64,000 nt of DNA from an uncultured Clostridia bacterium (GTDB lineage Bacteria > Bacillota > Clostridia > Oscillospirales > CAG-272). Under the pieces are notes generated by a model. The model had not been told where the DNA came from. It did not search any database and worked only from the letters and a program-made list of their open reading frames with translations. The translations under genes were made by a program, and so were the position numbers. Where the stretch lies: positions 3,629-67,628 of the forward strand of contig CAJGCT010000004.1 of assembly GCA_904501985.1 (NCBI GenBank), written 5' to 3'. Numbering within the stretch: position 1 is the stretch's first letter; each line of letters starts with the position of its first letter. This document shows positions 1 to 10,600 of the stretch, in pieces.

Positions 1-1824
1 ATTATAAAGGATGCTCCCATAGGAATGTCCGTGGCAGATATTGACGGACGGTGTGAGCGTGCCGGCGAAGCCCGAGCGGAGCTTCGTGCGCTATTCACCG
101 AGCTTGAATTTTCGGCTCTCATAAAACGCTTCGGACTTGAAGAATCTGCCGGAGCAGGCTGTGCTGACGGCGGAAATACTTCTGCGAAAAATACCGTTAT
201 GTGCGCCGATGTTATGGATGCGGCAGAAAAAGCTTTGTCCGGCGGTGAGCGTGTGGCTGTGTTTGTATCGGACACCGTAAGCTTCTCGGCGGACGGCACT
301 AACGTGTACTGTGCCGAGTCCCAGGAGGGGCTTTCCGATGTGCTTTGCAGGCTCAAAGAGCGTGGCGCAAAGCTCTATGTGTACGACTCAAAGGCACTGT
401 ATTCCATGGACGGACTTTACGCAAAACTCGCCTTTGATTTCGACCTTACGCTTGCGGCGTATGTCATAGACCCCACGGCAGGAAAATATGACACTGCCGC
501 CCTTAAGCTTGCCTATCTCGGCGATTCATCGGAGGGCTTTGATGCCGCCGACCTTCTAAGGCTTTCGGACGTGCTGTTGGGTATTATCACGGAACGCTCA
601 CAGGAGTCGCTTCTTTATGAAATCGAGCTTCCTCTTGCGGCGGTGCTTGCGGAGATGGAATCGGACGGCTTTAAGATAGACGCGCCGGGACTTCGAGAGT
701 TTACCGCCATGCTGTCCGATGCGGCGCATCAGCTTGAAGAGCGGATATTTTTTGCGGCGGGCGGGGAATTTAACATAAAATCTCCTATCCAGCTCTCCGA
801 GGTGCTGTTTGAGCGTCTTGCGCTCCCTCACGGAAAAAAGAACAAGAACGGAAGCTATTCCACAAGCGCGGATATACTTGAAAAGCTTGCACCATACCAT
901 CAGATAGTGCAGGATATACTTGATTACCGTCAACTGACAAAGCTTCAGTCAACCTACGGCGAGGGACTTGTTAAGGCGGCGGACAGTGAGGGGCGGATTC
1001 ATTCAAGCTTCAATCAGACCGTTACTGCAACGGGCAGACTTTCGTCCACCGAGCCGAATCTTCAGAATATTCCCGTGCGCACCGAGCTTGGTCGGGAGCT
1101 TCGCCGATTCTTTATCCCAGGCGACGGACGTGTGCTTATTGATGCCGATTATTCCCAGATAGAGCTTCGTCTGCTTGCACACATTTCGGGGGACGAAACC
1201 ATGATAGATGCCTTTACAAACGGTATCGACATTCACACCGTTACGGCATCTCAGGCATTCGGTGTTCCGATTGAAGCGGTCACGGGCGAGATGAGAAAGC
1301 GTGCCAAGGCAGTGAATTTCGGAATCGTGTACGGCATTTCCGATTTCTCGCTGGCACAGGATATCGGAGTTACAAAAAAGCAGGCGGCAGAGTATATCGA
1401 GGCTTATCTTGCGAAATATCCGAGAGTTGCAAAATATCTTACTGATATCGTGGAACAGGCGAAGTCTGACGGCTTTGTTACCACCATGTTCGGTCGCAGA
1501 CGTGATATTCCGGAGCTTAAATCCGGCAAGCGTATGCTGGCACAGTTCGGCGAGCGTGTGGCAATGAACAGTCCCATACAGGGAAGTGCGGCGGATATCA
1601 TCAAGATTGCTATGAGTAGGGTAAACCGTGCACTTCGGGACAGCGGACTTGATGCAAAGCTCATACTTCAGGTGCACGACGAGCTTATAGTCGAAGCGGC
1701 AGAGCGTGATGCCGAAGCGGCGAGAGAGCTGCTTGTCCGCGAGATGGAAAGTGCCGCCACGCTTCTCGTTCCGCTGACAGTCAGTGCGGCGGTGGGAAAA
1801 AGCTGGTACGACTGCAAGGATTAA
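1..1824 (+). CDS. polA: DNA polymerase I, C-terminal part (5' end lies upstream of the window)
   Basis: Frame 1 is open from base 1. Family-A polymerase motifs are present: RLSSTEPNLQNIP, DYSQIELRLLAH, KAVNFGIVYGIS, QVHDELIVE. Confidence 0.95.
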   Translation: MIKDAPIGMSVADIDGRCERAGEARAELRALFTELEFSALIKRFGLEESAGAGCADGGNTSAKNTVMCADVMDAAEKALSGGERVAVFVSDTVSFSADGTNVYCAESQEGLSDVLCRLKERGAKLYVYDSKALYSMDGLYAKLAFDFDLTLAAYVIDPTAGKYDTAALKLAYLGDSSEGFDAADLLRLSDVLLGIITERSQESLLYEIELPLAAVLAEMESDGFKIDAPGLREFTAMLSDAAHQLEERIFFAAGGEFNIKSPIQLSEVLFERLALPHGKKNKNGSYSTSADILEKLAPYHQIVQDILDYRQLTKLQSTYGEGLVKAADSEGRIHSSFNQTVTATGRLSSTEPNLQNIPVRTELGRELRRFFIPGDGRVLIDADYSQIELRLLAHISGDETMIDAFTNGIDIHTVTASQAFGVPIEAVTGEMRKRAKAVNFGIVYGISDFSLAQDIGVTKKQAAEYIEAYLAKYPRVAKYLTDIVEQAKSDGFVTTMFGRRRDIPELKSGKRMLAQFGERVAMNSPIQGSAADIIKIAMSRVNRALRDSGLDAKLILQVHDELIVEAAERDAEAARELLVREMESAATLLVPLTVSAAVGKSWYDCKD

Positions 1825-1904
1825 GCTTATCTATTGACAAAATCCCCTTTATATGATATAATATTACATTATTTAATGTGTCACTTAAGAAAGAAACAGA
1901 AAAA

Positions 1905-2426
1905 ATGATAATTCTCGGAATCGACCCCGGTATTGCCATTGTGGGTTACGGAATAATCGAATACAAAAATTCCCGTTTTACCACCCTTGCTCACGGGTCT
2001 ATACAAACGCCTGCCCACACCGATGTTGACGTCAGACTTTCGATGATATACGATCAGCTTTCGGAGCTTATCTCCATATATCATCCGGAGGAAATGGCAA
2101 TAGAGGAGCTGTTTTTCAACACCAACCAAAAGACCATGGTGCCTGTTGCCGAGGCGCGCGGTGTTATTCTCCTCTGCGCAAGGCAGAATGGGATTAGCAT
2201 CAGCGAATATACTCCGCTTCAGGTCAAGCAGTCGGTGGTGGGATACGGACGCGCCCAGAAAAAGCAGGTCATGCATATGGTGGAGCTTCTTTTAAAGCTT
2301 GAATCAGCCCCCAAGCTTGACGACACCTGTGATGCGCTGGCAATCGCTATCTGCCACGCAAACACGGGCAATTCAAAAATGCGCGGATATTTCAACAAGG
2401 ATTACTACGCAACAAGAAAAAACTAA
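1905..2426 (+). CDS. ruvC: Crossover junction endodeoxyribonuclease RuvC
   Basis: MIILGIDPGIAIVGYGII is a typical RuvC N-terminus. ATG at 1905 is preferred over the GTG at 1878. ruvA and ruvB follow. Confidence 0.9.
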   Translation: MIILGIDPGIAIVGYGIIEYKNSRFTTLAHGSIQTPAHTDVDVRLSMIYDQLSELISIYHPEEMAIEELFFNTNQKTMVPVAEARGVILLCARQNGISISEYTPLQVKQSVVGYGRAQKKQVMHMVELLLKLESAPKLDDTCDALAIAICHANTGNSKMRGYFNKDYYATRKN

Positions 2427-2447
2427 AACCGTTTTCGGAGGATTTTT

Positions 2448-3050
2448 ATGTTCTATCACATATGCGGTGAGCTGTGTCTTACCGAAGCACATACCGCCGT
2501 TATAGACTGTTCGGGTGTTGGGTACAAGCTAACAATATCCGCAAACACAGCGGCGGCTGTCGGACACAAGCTCGGTGAGCGTGTCAAGCTTTATACTTAT
2601 CTTGCGGTGCGCGAGGATGCAGTGGAGCTGTTCGGATTTTACTCCATGGAGGAGCATTCCGCATTCTGCAAGCTTATCACCGTTTCGGGGGTCGGTCCGA
2701 AGGCGGCAATATCAATTCTGTCGACCCTTACCCCTGAGCAGTTTGCGGCGGCGGTCTGCTCCTCCGACACAAAGCTTCTCGGAAAGGCAAACGGTATCGG
2801 TGCAAAGACTGCGGCAAGAATCGTGCTCGAACTCAAAGATAAGCTGGCAAAGGAATACGGTGGGGAGGCTGTCACGGCGGCGCCTGTTGGAATCACTGCC
2901 ACCGGCAAGCTGTCCGATGCGGTAAATGCGCTTCTCGTTCTCGGCTACACCAAATCCGAAGCCACCGAGGCTCTTTCGGGAATTGATTCATCGGTGATGC
3001 CGCTTGAATCCCTTATTACCGCGGCACTGAAGCGGCTCATGAAGCAGTAA
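2448..3050 (+). CDS. ruvA: Holliday junction branch migration protein RuvA
   Basis: 200 aa with the HhH region LITVSGVGPKAAISILS. Sits between ruvC and ruvB. Confidence 0.9.
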   Translation: MFYHICGELCLTEAHTAVIDCSGVGYKLTISANTAAAVGHKLGERVKLYTYLAVREDAVELFGFYSMEEHSAFCKLITVSGVGPKAAISILSTLTPEQFAAAVCSSDTKLLGKANGIGAKTAARIVLELKDKLAKEYGGEAVTAAPVGITATGKLSDAVNALLVLGYTKSEATEALSGIDSSVMPLESLITAALKRLMKQ

Positions 3051-3094
3051 TTACTGCACACCTTAAAATTCTAACATAAATTTCGGAGTGTAAC

Positions 3095-4189
3095 ATGAAT
3101 TACTACGATAACGAGTTTGACGGGCGAATTGTTGATGCCGCTCCCATCTCGGAGGATGGGGAAAACGACAGAAGTCTTCGTCCCACGACCCTCTCTGACT
3201 ATGTGGGACAGTCAAAAGCCAAGGAAAATCTTAAAATAAGCATTGATGCCGCAAGACTGAGAGAAGATACGCTGGACCATGTTCTGCTGTACGGCCCTCC
3301 GGGACTTGGCAAGACAACGCTTTCAAATATCATCGCAAACGAGCTTGGTGTGAACATCCGCGTAACAAGCGGTCCTGCCATTGAAAAGCAGGGTGACCTT
3401 GTGGCTCTGCTGACAAATTTAAACGAAAAAGACGTGCTCTTCATTGACGAGATACACAGGCTTCCAAGGCAGGTGGAGGAGATACTTTATCCTGCCATGG
3501 AGGACTATGCCGTTGATATCATCATCGGTAAAGGCCCGTCGGCGCAGAGCATACATCTGCCACTGCCGCGCTTTACGCTGATTGGCGCGACAACAAGAGC
3601 AGGTCAGCTTACAACGCCGCTCCGTGACCGCTTCGGCGTACTGCTTCGTCTGGAGCTTTACAGCGTGGAAGAGCTTGCGTTTATCATACGCCGCTCTGCC
3701 GGCATACTTGGTGTTGCCATCGACGAGGAAGGCTCCCTTGAGCTTGCGTCACGCTCACGGGGCACGCCGAGAATCGCCAACCGCTTACTTAAGCGTGTGC
3801 GCGACTATGCGCAGGTAAAGGGAAGTGGAGTCATTGACAGAAAGACGGCATCTGCGGCACTTGACATGATGGAGATCGACGAGCTTGGTCTTGACAATAT
3901 TGACAGACGGATGCTTGAAACCATAATAACCTTCTACGGCGGCGGCCCTGTGGGACTTGAGACCCTTGCCGCAACTGTGGGAGAGGAAGCTATCACCATT
4001 GAGGACGTGTACGAGCCGTACCTTATGCAGATCGGCTATCTTTCACGCACACCGCGTGGAAGATGCGCCACAAGGCTTGCATATGAGCACCTTGGTCTGC
4101 CTTTTTCCGAGCCTCAGGCAAGAAAAGAGGATGATTCGTCACAGTTCGACATATTTTCTCAGTCGCTAAACGACCAAAATAAAAAGTAA
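3095..4189 (+). CDS. ruvB: Holliday junction DNA helicase RuvB
   Basis: Walker [10 protein letters not shown], Walker [10 protein letters not shown], and [15 protein letters not shown]. Confidence 0.95.
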   Translation: MNYYDNEFDGRIVDAAPISEDGENDRSLRPTTLSDYVGQSKAKENLKISIDAARLREDTLDHVLLYGPPGLGKTTLSNIIANELGVNIRVTSGPAIEKQGDLVALLTNLNEKDVLFIDEIHRLPRQVEEILYPAMEDYAVDIIIGKGPSAQSIHLPLPRFTLIGATTRAGQLTTPLRDRFGVLLRLELYSVEELAFIIRRSAGILGVAIDEEGSLELASRSRGTPRIANRLLKRVRDYAQVKGSGVIDRKTASAALDMMEIDELGLDNIDRRMLETIITFYGGGPVGLETLAATVGEEAITIEDVYEPYLMQIGYLSRTPRGRCATRLAYEHLGLPFSEPQARKEDDSSQFDIFSQSLNDQNKK

Positions 4190-4202
4190 AGGACATACAG
4201 CA

Positions 4203-5072
4203 ATGTGGAAAGCCGATAATTGGCAGGAATATGAGCTTATAGATACATCAGACGGCGAACGTCTTGAAAGATGGGGAAAATACATCCTTATTCGCCCCGA
4301 CCCACAGGTAATATGGCATAATCAGAAGAAAAATCCCCTTTGGAAGCGTGCGGACGCGGTATATCGCCGTTCTTCAAGCGGCGGCGGAGCGTGGAAGGAG
4401 AACAGACTTCCCGAAGAATGGCGTCTGCCGTATGGGAATCTGTCCCTTGAATTTGTAATAAAGCCCATGGGCTTTAAGCATACGGGACTGTTTCCGGAGC
4501 AGGCTGTCAATTGGGATTGGTTCTCATCGCTTATTAAAAAGGCAGGTCGCCCCATAAAGGTGCTGAATCTGTTCGGATATACAGGCGGTGCTACGGTTGC
4601 CGCCGCAAAGGCAGGTGCTTCCGTTTGCCACGTTGACGCGGCAAAGGGAATGGTTTTGCAGTGCAAGGAAAACGCAAAGCTGTGCGGTCTTTCTGACGCG
4701 CCCATACGCTATATTGTGGACGACTGCAAAAAATTCGTTGAGCGTGAGATTCGCCGCGGCAACAAGTACGATGCCGTTATAATGGACCCACCAAGCTACG
4801 GACGCGGTCCGTCGGGCGAGGTATGGAAGCTTGAAGAAAATATTGACGACCTTGTTTTACTTACCGCGCAGGTGCTGTCGGACGATCCGCTGTTTTTCCT
4901 TCTTAACTCCTACACAACAGGTCTGTCCGCTTCCACCACAGGCTATCTTTTAAATCTCCACATCGCAAAAAAATACGGCGGCAAGGTCACGGCGGACGAA
5001 ATTGGTCTGCCCGTTACCGAGACAGGAGCAGTGCTCCCCTGCGGTTCATCTGCAAGATGGGAGTCGCAGTAA
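4203..5072 (+). CDS. Class I SAM-dependent methyltransferase (RlmI-type catalytic domain)
   Basis: SAM-binding VLNLFGYTGGATVAAA and the MDPPSYGRG motif. The substrate cannot be told from the sequence. Confidence 0.7.
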   Translation: MWKADNWQEYELIDTSDGERLERWGKYILIRPDPQVIWHNQKKNPLWKRADAVYRRSSSGGGAWKENRLPEEWRLPYGNLSLEFVIKPMGFKHTGLFPEQAVNWDWFSSLIKKAGRPIKVLNLFGYTGGATVAAAKAGASVCHVDAAKGMVLQCKENAKLCGLSDAPIRYIVDDCKKFVEREIRRGNKYDAVIMDPPSYGRGPSGEVWKLEENIDDLVLLTAQVLSDDPLFFLLNSYTTGLSASTTGYLLNLHIAKKYGGKVTADEIGLPVTETGAVLPCGSSARWESQ

Positions 5073-5094
5073 CATATTATAAGGAATCGGCATA

Positions 5095-6240
5095 ATGAAG
5101 GATTTATCACAGTGCAGAGCGGAGATCGACGAGATCGACTCACAGCTTTTAGCACTTCTTGAAAAGCGCATCCGTGTGGCGGAGAGCGTTGCAAAATATA
5201 AGCTTGCAAACAGCATGAAGGTGTTCGACGAGACCCGTGAGAGGGCAGTGCTTGACAAGATAGGCGAGCACTCTCCCGCCGATGTCAGAGAAAAGCTTGT
5301 TGGTACATACGACGGTATCATGAATATGTCAAAGCTTCATCAATATGAGCTTAAGAGTCAGACGTCACCAAAAAGAGAATTTTTTAATAACGCTATTTTA
5401 GCAGGTGAGCGCGTTCCTTGCGGTTTTGAGGGCAAAAAGGTGGGCGCACAGGGCGTTGACGGCGCATTTTCCTCCAAGGCGGCAAGACATATGTTTCCCG
5501 GAGCTGAAATTGTGTTTTTCAGTAGCTGGTCTGAGATTTTCGAGGCACTTCGGAAAGGTGATATTGATTTCGGCGTTCTGCCGGTGGAAAACTCCACCTA
5601 CGGCTCTGTTACCGACGTATACAGGCTCATAATGGACAACGATGCCTATATTTACGCATCTCTGAGGCTTCCCGTGGAGCACTGTCTGCTTGCAAAGCAC
5701 GGTGTGAGCCTTTCGGATATCAAGGAGATTATATCTCATCCACAGGCGATCGGTCAGTGCAGTGAATTTCTTGAAAGTGCGGGAATCTCTGCAACACAGA
5801 CTACCAATACCGCAAAGGCGGCGGAGCTTGTTTCAAGTTCGGTGCGCTCCGATCTTGCCGCCATCGCTTCCTCTGAATGTGCCGAGCTTTACGGACTTAA
5901 TATCCTGTCGCGCGGTATTCAGAACGAGAAGCACAACACCACACGCTTTGCGGCCATATCCCGTGAGCTGACAATTGCACACGGGGCTGATAAAATAAGC
6001 ATACAGTTTTCTCTTGCCCACAAGGAGGGCACACTTTCGCGTATTCTCGGTTATTTTTCGGCACTGGGACTGAATCTTACAAAGATCGAGAGCCGTCCCA
6101 TACCGAAAGCGCCTTTTGAATACCGATTCCATCTTGATTTTAACGGCTCAATGACCGACGAGCACACATTTAATCTTATCTGTGCGCTGTCCGACGAGCT
6201 GTCCGATTTCCGCTTTATCGGAAACTATAATGAGGAGTAA
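5095..6240 (+). CDS. pheA: Bifunctional chorismate mutase / prephenate dehydratase
   Basis: N-terminal chorismate mutase helix (CRAEIDEIDSQLLALLEKR), a prephenate dehydratase core (VLPVENSTYGSV, HPQAIGQC, TRF) and a C-terminal ACT-like region. Confidence 0.85.
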   Translation: MKDLSQCRAEIDEIDSQLLALLEKRIRVAESVAKYKLANSMKVFDETRERAVLDKIGEHSPADVREKLVGTYDGIMNMSKLHQYELKSQTSPKREFFNNAILAGERVPCGFEGKKVGAQGVDGAFSSKAARHMFPGAEIVFFSSWSEIFEALRKGDIDFGVLPVENSTYGSVTDVYRLIMDNDAYIYASLRLPVEHCLLAKHGVSLSDIKEIISHPQAIGQCSEFLESAGISATQTTNTAKAAELVSSSVRSDLAAIASSECAELYGLNILSRGIQNEKHNTTRFAAISRELTIAHGADKISIQFSLAHKEGTLSRILGYFSALGLNLTKIESRPIPKAPFEYRFHLDFNGSMTDEHTFNLICALSDELSDFRFIGNYNEE

Positions 6241-6267
6241 GCGTAAAATCCGTTTACGCGCTGTAAA

Positions 6268-7134
6268 ATGAACGATCCATTTATTAAAGTCGAAAAACTG
6301 AATTTTTCCTATTCTGAGGATGACGGCTCGGATGTAGAGGTGCTCCGCGATCTTGATCTTACCATTGAGCGCGGATCGCTTGTTGCTGTGCTGGGTCACA
6401 ACGGATCAGGAAAATCCACTTTGGCAAAGCTTATAAATCTCATACTTACGCCCACAAGCGGCAAAATATTTGTGGACGGTCTTGAAATTACAAAGCCCGA
6501 CCTCTCTGAGGATGAGCTGTTTGAAAACCGCAGAAATGTGGGCATGGTGTTTCAGAATCCCGACAATCAGCTTGTTGCCACAATTGTTGAGGAGGATATC
6601 GCTTTCGGACCTGAAAATTTAGGCGTCACGCCGTCCGAGATTAGATCGCGCGTTGACTACGCACTTGAAACTGTGGGAATGACTGAATTTGCGCGTCATT
6701 CGCCTCACCAGCTCTCAGGCGGTCAGAAACAGCGTGTCGCCATTGCAGGAATTATCGCAATGATGCCGAAGTGCATAATCTTCGATGAATCCACCGCCAT
6801 GCTTGACCCGTCGGGACGGCGCGAGGTTATGGACACCATAATACGCCTTAACCGTGAGTTTGGCATAACCGTGCTTCACATCACCCACTACATGAACGAA
6901 GCGGCTATGTGCGACAGAGTGGTGGTTATAAATGACGGCAGAATCGAGCTTGACGGCAAGCCCGAAGAAGTGTTCTGCCATGTTTCCCACCTTGAGCGGA
7001 TAGGTCTTGACGTGCCGCAGACCGTTGAGGTGTTAAACGAGCTTAAAAAGTCAGGACTTCCTGTTGATATAGCCAAGCTTTCGGCGGACGACTGCGCCGA
7101 CGAGATAATGAAGTTGTTTGGAGACCATAAATGA
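6268..7134 (+). CDS. ecfA1: Energy-coupling factor transporter ATPase
   Basis: Walker A GHNGSGKST, ABC signature LSGGQKQR, Walker B IIFDEST. First gene of the ecfA-ecfA-ecfT-truA cluster. Confidence 0.85.
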   Translation: MNDPFIKVEKLNFSYSEDDGSDVEVLRDLDLTIERGSLVAVLGHNGSGKSTLAKLINLILTPTSGKIFVDGLEITKPDLSEDELFENRRNVGMVFQNPDNQLVATIVEEDIAFGPENLGVTPSEIRSRVDYALETVGMTEFARHSPHQLSGGQKQRVAIAGIIAMMPKCIIFDESTAMLDPSGRREVMDTIIRLNREFGITVLHITHYMNEAAMCDRVVVINDGRIELDGKPEEVFCHVSHLERIGLDVPQTVEVLNELKKSGLPVDIAKLSADDCADEIMKLFGDHK

Positions 7135-7991
7135 CAGCCATCGAATTAAAAAACGTAACATATGTATATTCGCCCGATACGCCGTTCTGCAAGACTGCGC
7201 TTGATGACGTCTCCCTTGAAATAAAGGCAGGTGTCATAACGGGACTTATGGGGCATACAGGCTCGGGAAAGTCCACGATGGTACAGCTTTTCAACGGACT
7301 TACGCGCCCCACATCCGGAACTGTGTTTGTTGGCGGCGAGGACATTTGGGCAGAGCCGAAAAAAATAAGCCGTTTTCGTTTCAAGGTAGGACTTGTATTC
7401 CAATATCCCGAATATCAGCTTTTTGAAGAAACTGTGCGCCGTGACATCGCTTTCGGTCCAACGAATATGGGACTTGATGAGGCGGAGGTTTCGCGCCGCG
7501 TTGAAGAAGCGGCGATATTCTGCGGAATCTCTCCCGAAATGCTTGAAAAATCCCCCTTTGATCTGTCGGGCGGTCAGAAACGCCGTGTTGCCATTGCCGG
7601 AATCATGGCGATGGAGCCGGAGGTGCTTGTGCTTGACGAGCCTGCGGCAGGACTTGACCCACAGGGTCGCGAGGAGATACTGGGCGGCATCCGCTCCTAT
7701 CAGAGGCAGAAGAAGAACACGGTTATCATCGTGTCTCACTCAATGGAGGACATGGCAAGATATTCCGACGAGATAGTTGTAATGGATCACGCGAAGATAT
7801 TCATGCAGGGAAGCACTGCGGAGGTATTTAAGAATGCCGAGGCGCTTTCAAGCGTGGGACTCAGCGTTCCGCAGGTGACGGAGCTTTGCAATAAGCTAAA
7901 AGAGCGCGGTCTTGATATACCCGACGGAATTTATACCACAGAAGCCGCAAAATCCGCAATACTCGCGCTTCTTTCCGGAGGTAACAAATGA
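7131..7991 (+). CDS. ecfA2: Energy-coupling factor transporter ATPase
   Basis: GHTGSGKST, LSGGQKRR, LVLDEPAAGLD. A 4-nt overlap with ecfA1. Confidence 0.85.
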   Translation: MTAIELKNVTYVYSPDTPFCKTALDDVSLEIKAGVITGLMGHTGSGKSTMVQLFNGLTRPTSGTVFVGGEDIWAEPKKISRFRFKVGLVFQYPEYQLFEETVRRDIAFGPTNMGLDEAEVSRRVEEAAIFCGISPEMLEKSPFDLSGGQKRRVAIAGIMAMEPEVLVLDEPAAGLDPQGREEILGGIRSYQRQKKNTVIIVSHSMEDMARYSDEIVVMDHAKIFMQGSTAEVFKNAEALSSVGLSVPQVTELCNKLKERGLDIPDGIYTTEAAKSAILALLSGGNK

Positions 7992-8809
7992 TAAAAGATA
8001 TCACGCTTGGACAGTATTTCCCCGGAAATACCGTGCTTCACAGGCTTGATCCGCGAATGAAGATAATCCTGACCGTAGCATATATTGTGGGTGTGTTTCT
8101 TGCAAAGAACATGATCTCCTTTGCGGCGGTTGCGGCAAGCGCGGTTTTACTTGTGATTATTTCCGGCATCTCGTGGAAAACTATCATAAAGAGCATGAAG
8201 CCGCTTATTTTCATCGTGGCTTTCACCACATTTTTCAATCTATTTTTTACAACCGGCGACGTGCTTTTAATAAGCTTTTGGCGAATCAATATCTATCTTG
8301 AGGGCGTTGTGTATTCCGTCATGATGATACTGCGCATATCCGCAATGCTTGTGGGTACTACAATTCTTTTGACTTATACAACATCTCCCATCATGCTGAC
8401 GGATGCGCTGGAGCGGCTTTTAGCACCCCTTCGCAAAATAAAGCTTCCCGTGCACGAATTTTCCATGATGATGACCATTGCTCTGCGCTTTATTCCCACT
8501 CTTATTGAGGAAACCGACAAGATAATGTCGGCGCAGAAGGCGAGAGGTGCGGATTTTGAATCGGGCAGTCTCATGCGCCGCGCAAAGGCTCTTGTGCCTA
8601 TACTGATACCCCTGTTCATATCCGCTTTCAGACGTGCGGATGAGCTTGCTACCGCCATGGAATGCCGCTGTTACCGAGGCGGCGACGGACGCACCCGAAT
8701 GACAAAGCTTAAGTATGCCGCACGGGACTTTTTTGCTGTGCTTGTAATGGCGGCGTTTATCGCCTCTGTGGCGGCACTGAACATGATTCCCATGGGAATA
8801 AGCCTATGA
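7988..8809 (+). CDS. ecfT: Energy-coupling factor transporter transmembrane subunit EcfT
   Basis: Polytopic membrane protein with the ARG motif (AQKARGADF). Overlaps ecfA2 and truA by 4 nt each. Confidence 0.85.
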   Translation: MIKDITLGQYFPGNTVLHRLDPRMKIILTVAYIVGVFLAKNMISFAAVAASAVLLVIISGISWKTIIKSMKPLIFIVAFTTFFNLFFTTGDVLLISFWRINIYLEGVVYSVMMILRISAMLVGTTILLTYTTSPIMLTDALERLLAPLRKIKLPVHEFSMMMTIALRFIPTLIEETDKIMSAQKARGADFESGSLMRRAKALVPILIPLFISAFRRADELATAMECRCYRGGDGRTRMTKLKYAARDFFAVLVMAAFIASVAALNMIPMGISL

Positions 8810-9552
8810 AAATATTACTCGAACTCAGCTATATCGGCACAGGCTTTGCCGGCTATCAGGTACAGCCGGGACGGGAGACCGTACAGTCCGCGCTTCAGGA
8901 TGCAATTGAACGCATCTACGGTGTACGCTATGCCGTTAAGGGATGCTCACGCACCGATGCAGGCGTGCACGCGCTTCGCTACTATGCCACCTTTGATACA
9001 GACAAGGATATTCCCACAGACAGGCTTCCTTTTGCGCTTAACAGTGTTATCGACCGCCGTATATCCGTAATTTCGGCTGTGGAAGTGCCGGAGGATTTCC
9101 ACGTGCGCCATGACGTTAGAGAGAAAGAATACGAGTATCTTATCCGCCTGTCTCGCATTCCCGATCCGTTTCTTGTAGACCGCGCGTGGCAATTCCCGAA
9201 GCCTCTGCCGGCGGACGGGATTTCCCGTATGCGGCAGGCGGCTAAAGCTTTTATCGGGCGTCACGATTTTTCGGGATTTATGGCAAACGGCTCGGATGTT
9301 GCCGACACCGTGCGGAATGTGACACGGCTTGATATAATCGAGGACGGCGAGCTTCTTCGCATACGCATTGCCGCCGATGGATTTCTTTACAATATGGTGC
9401 GTATTATCGTTGGCACGCTGATAGATACTGCCCTTGGAAAGATTGAGCCGTCCGACATGTCGGACATTATCGCATCCTGCGACCGAAGCCGCGCCGGGAT
9501 GACCGCGCCGTCGGAGGGGTTGTATCTTAGGAGTGTAACGTTTCTGCGGTAA
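8806..9552 (+). CDS. truA: tRNA pseudouridine(38-40) synthase TruA
   Basis: GFAGYQVQPG and the catalytic RTDAGVHA motif. Confidence 0.9.
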   Translation: MKILLELSYIGTGFAGYQVQPGRETVQSALQDAIERIYGVRYAVKGCSRTDAGVHALRYYATFDTDKDIPTDRLPFALNSVIDRRISVISAVEVPEDFHVRHDVREKEYEYLIRLSRIPDPFLVDRAWQFPKPLPADGISRMRQAAKAFIGRHDFSGFMANGSDVADTVRNVTRLDIIEDGELLRIRIAADGFLYNMVRIIVGTLIDTALGKIEPSDMSDIIASCDRSRAGMTAPSEGLYLRSVTFLR

Positions 9553-9655
9553 ATATAAAAATAAAATACACTTAACCAATTATTTCATTGGATAAAATCT
9601 CACGAATGTCAAATAATAAGGCTGTAAACCAAATATGGAGGAGATTTTATCTACT

Positions 9656-10201
9656 ATGAAAGCAACAGGAATAGTCAGACGCATCGACGATCTGGGTCGT
9701 GTCGTTATCCCTAAGGAGATTCGCCGCACTATGCGAATCCGTGAAGGCGACCCCCTTGAAATATTTACCGACCGCGAAGGCGAGGTCATTTTTAAAAAAT
9801 ATTCACCCATAGGTGAGCTTAACGCATTTGCCGCACAATATGCGGAGACTCTTTACAGAATCGCCGGTATGGCGGTAGTCATATGTGACCGTGATGCGGT
9901 CATCGCCTGCGCAGGTCTTCCGAGAAAGGAATATCTTGACAAGAAGCTTTCCGGCGAGCTTGAGGACATTATCGAGGGACGCGGTAATTACCGCTATCTT
10001 GAAGGCTCACAGCCGGTACGAATCACTTCTGATTCTAACAGTGCCGCCGTTTCCTGCGCCATGCCCATAATAGCTGACGGAGACCTTATCGGTTGTGTTG
10101 CTTCTGTGCACATTCCCGATGCAGAGCCGGTTGAGGGCGATGTGGAAAACAAGCTTATAGGCACTGCCGCGGCATTTTTGGCAAAGCAGATCGAGGCGTG
10201 A
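9656..10201 (+). CDS. spoVT: Stage V sporulation protein T (AbrB-type regulator)
   Basis: MKATGIVRRIDDLGRVVIPKEIRRTMRIREGDPLEIF is near-identical to the Bacillus SpoVT N-terminus as I recall it. GGAGGAG lies upstream of the ATG at 9656. The ATG at 9635 has no RBS. Confidence 0.9.
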   Translation: MKATGIVRRIDDLGRVVIPKEIRRTMRIREGDPLEIFTDREGEVIFKKYSPIGELNAFAAQYAETLYRIAGMAVVICDRDAVIACAGLPRKEYLDKKLSGELEDIIEGRGNYRYLEGSQPVRITSDSNSAAVSCAMPIIADGDLIGCVASVHIPDAEPVEGDVENKLIGTAAAFLAKQIEA

Positions 10202-10211
10202 GGTGCAGTCT

Positions 10212-10472
10212 ATGAAAAAGAATGTACCGAAGGTTAAGATCCTGCGCAGTGTGTCCGACGATTTTCTCGGCGCATATCCGGCACAGCCCTTAGAATTTCC
10301 CTCAAAATACCCCTGCGAGGATGCATTTCTCCACGGTTCTGTGGCGTCTGCAACCGACTGCACGGGAATCGCGGTAGTACAGCCGGAGACCGATGAGGAG
10401 GCTGAGTCCCTCATGAGCATACGGGATGTGCCCATAACAAGCGTTGAGGGCGACGGGATTATCCCTAACTGA
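10212..10472 (+). CDS. Hypothetical acidic protein downstream of spoVT
   Basis: 86 aa with GAGGTG 7 nt upstream of the ATG. A hairpin follows at about 10488-10511. No recognisable motif. Confidence 0.5.
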   Translation: MKKNVPKVKILRSVSDDFLGAYPAQPLEFPSKYPCEDAFLHGSVASATDCTGIAVVQPETDEEAESLMSIRDVPITSVEGDGIIPN

Positions 10473-10600
10473 TATATTGTATAGCGCGGAGGACTGCATT
10501 TGGCAGTCCTCTTAGCGCGTTGAATTTACCCTCCAAATCGCCTGCGGCGACAGCTCCTACCGAGTGGGAGTCTAATAATCTTATGAAGTAGGAGAGACAA

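Noticed and set aside
9560-9655. Sigma-G type promoter upstream of spoVT (GAATG ... CAAATA).
   Set aside because: The spacing and match to the GHATR / CATxxTA consensus are too weak to call by eye.
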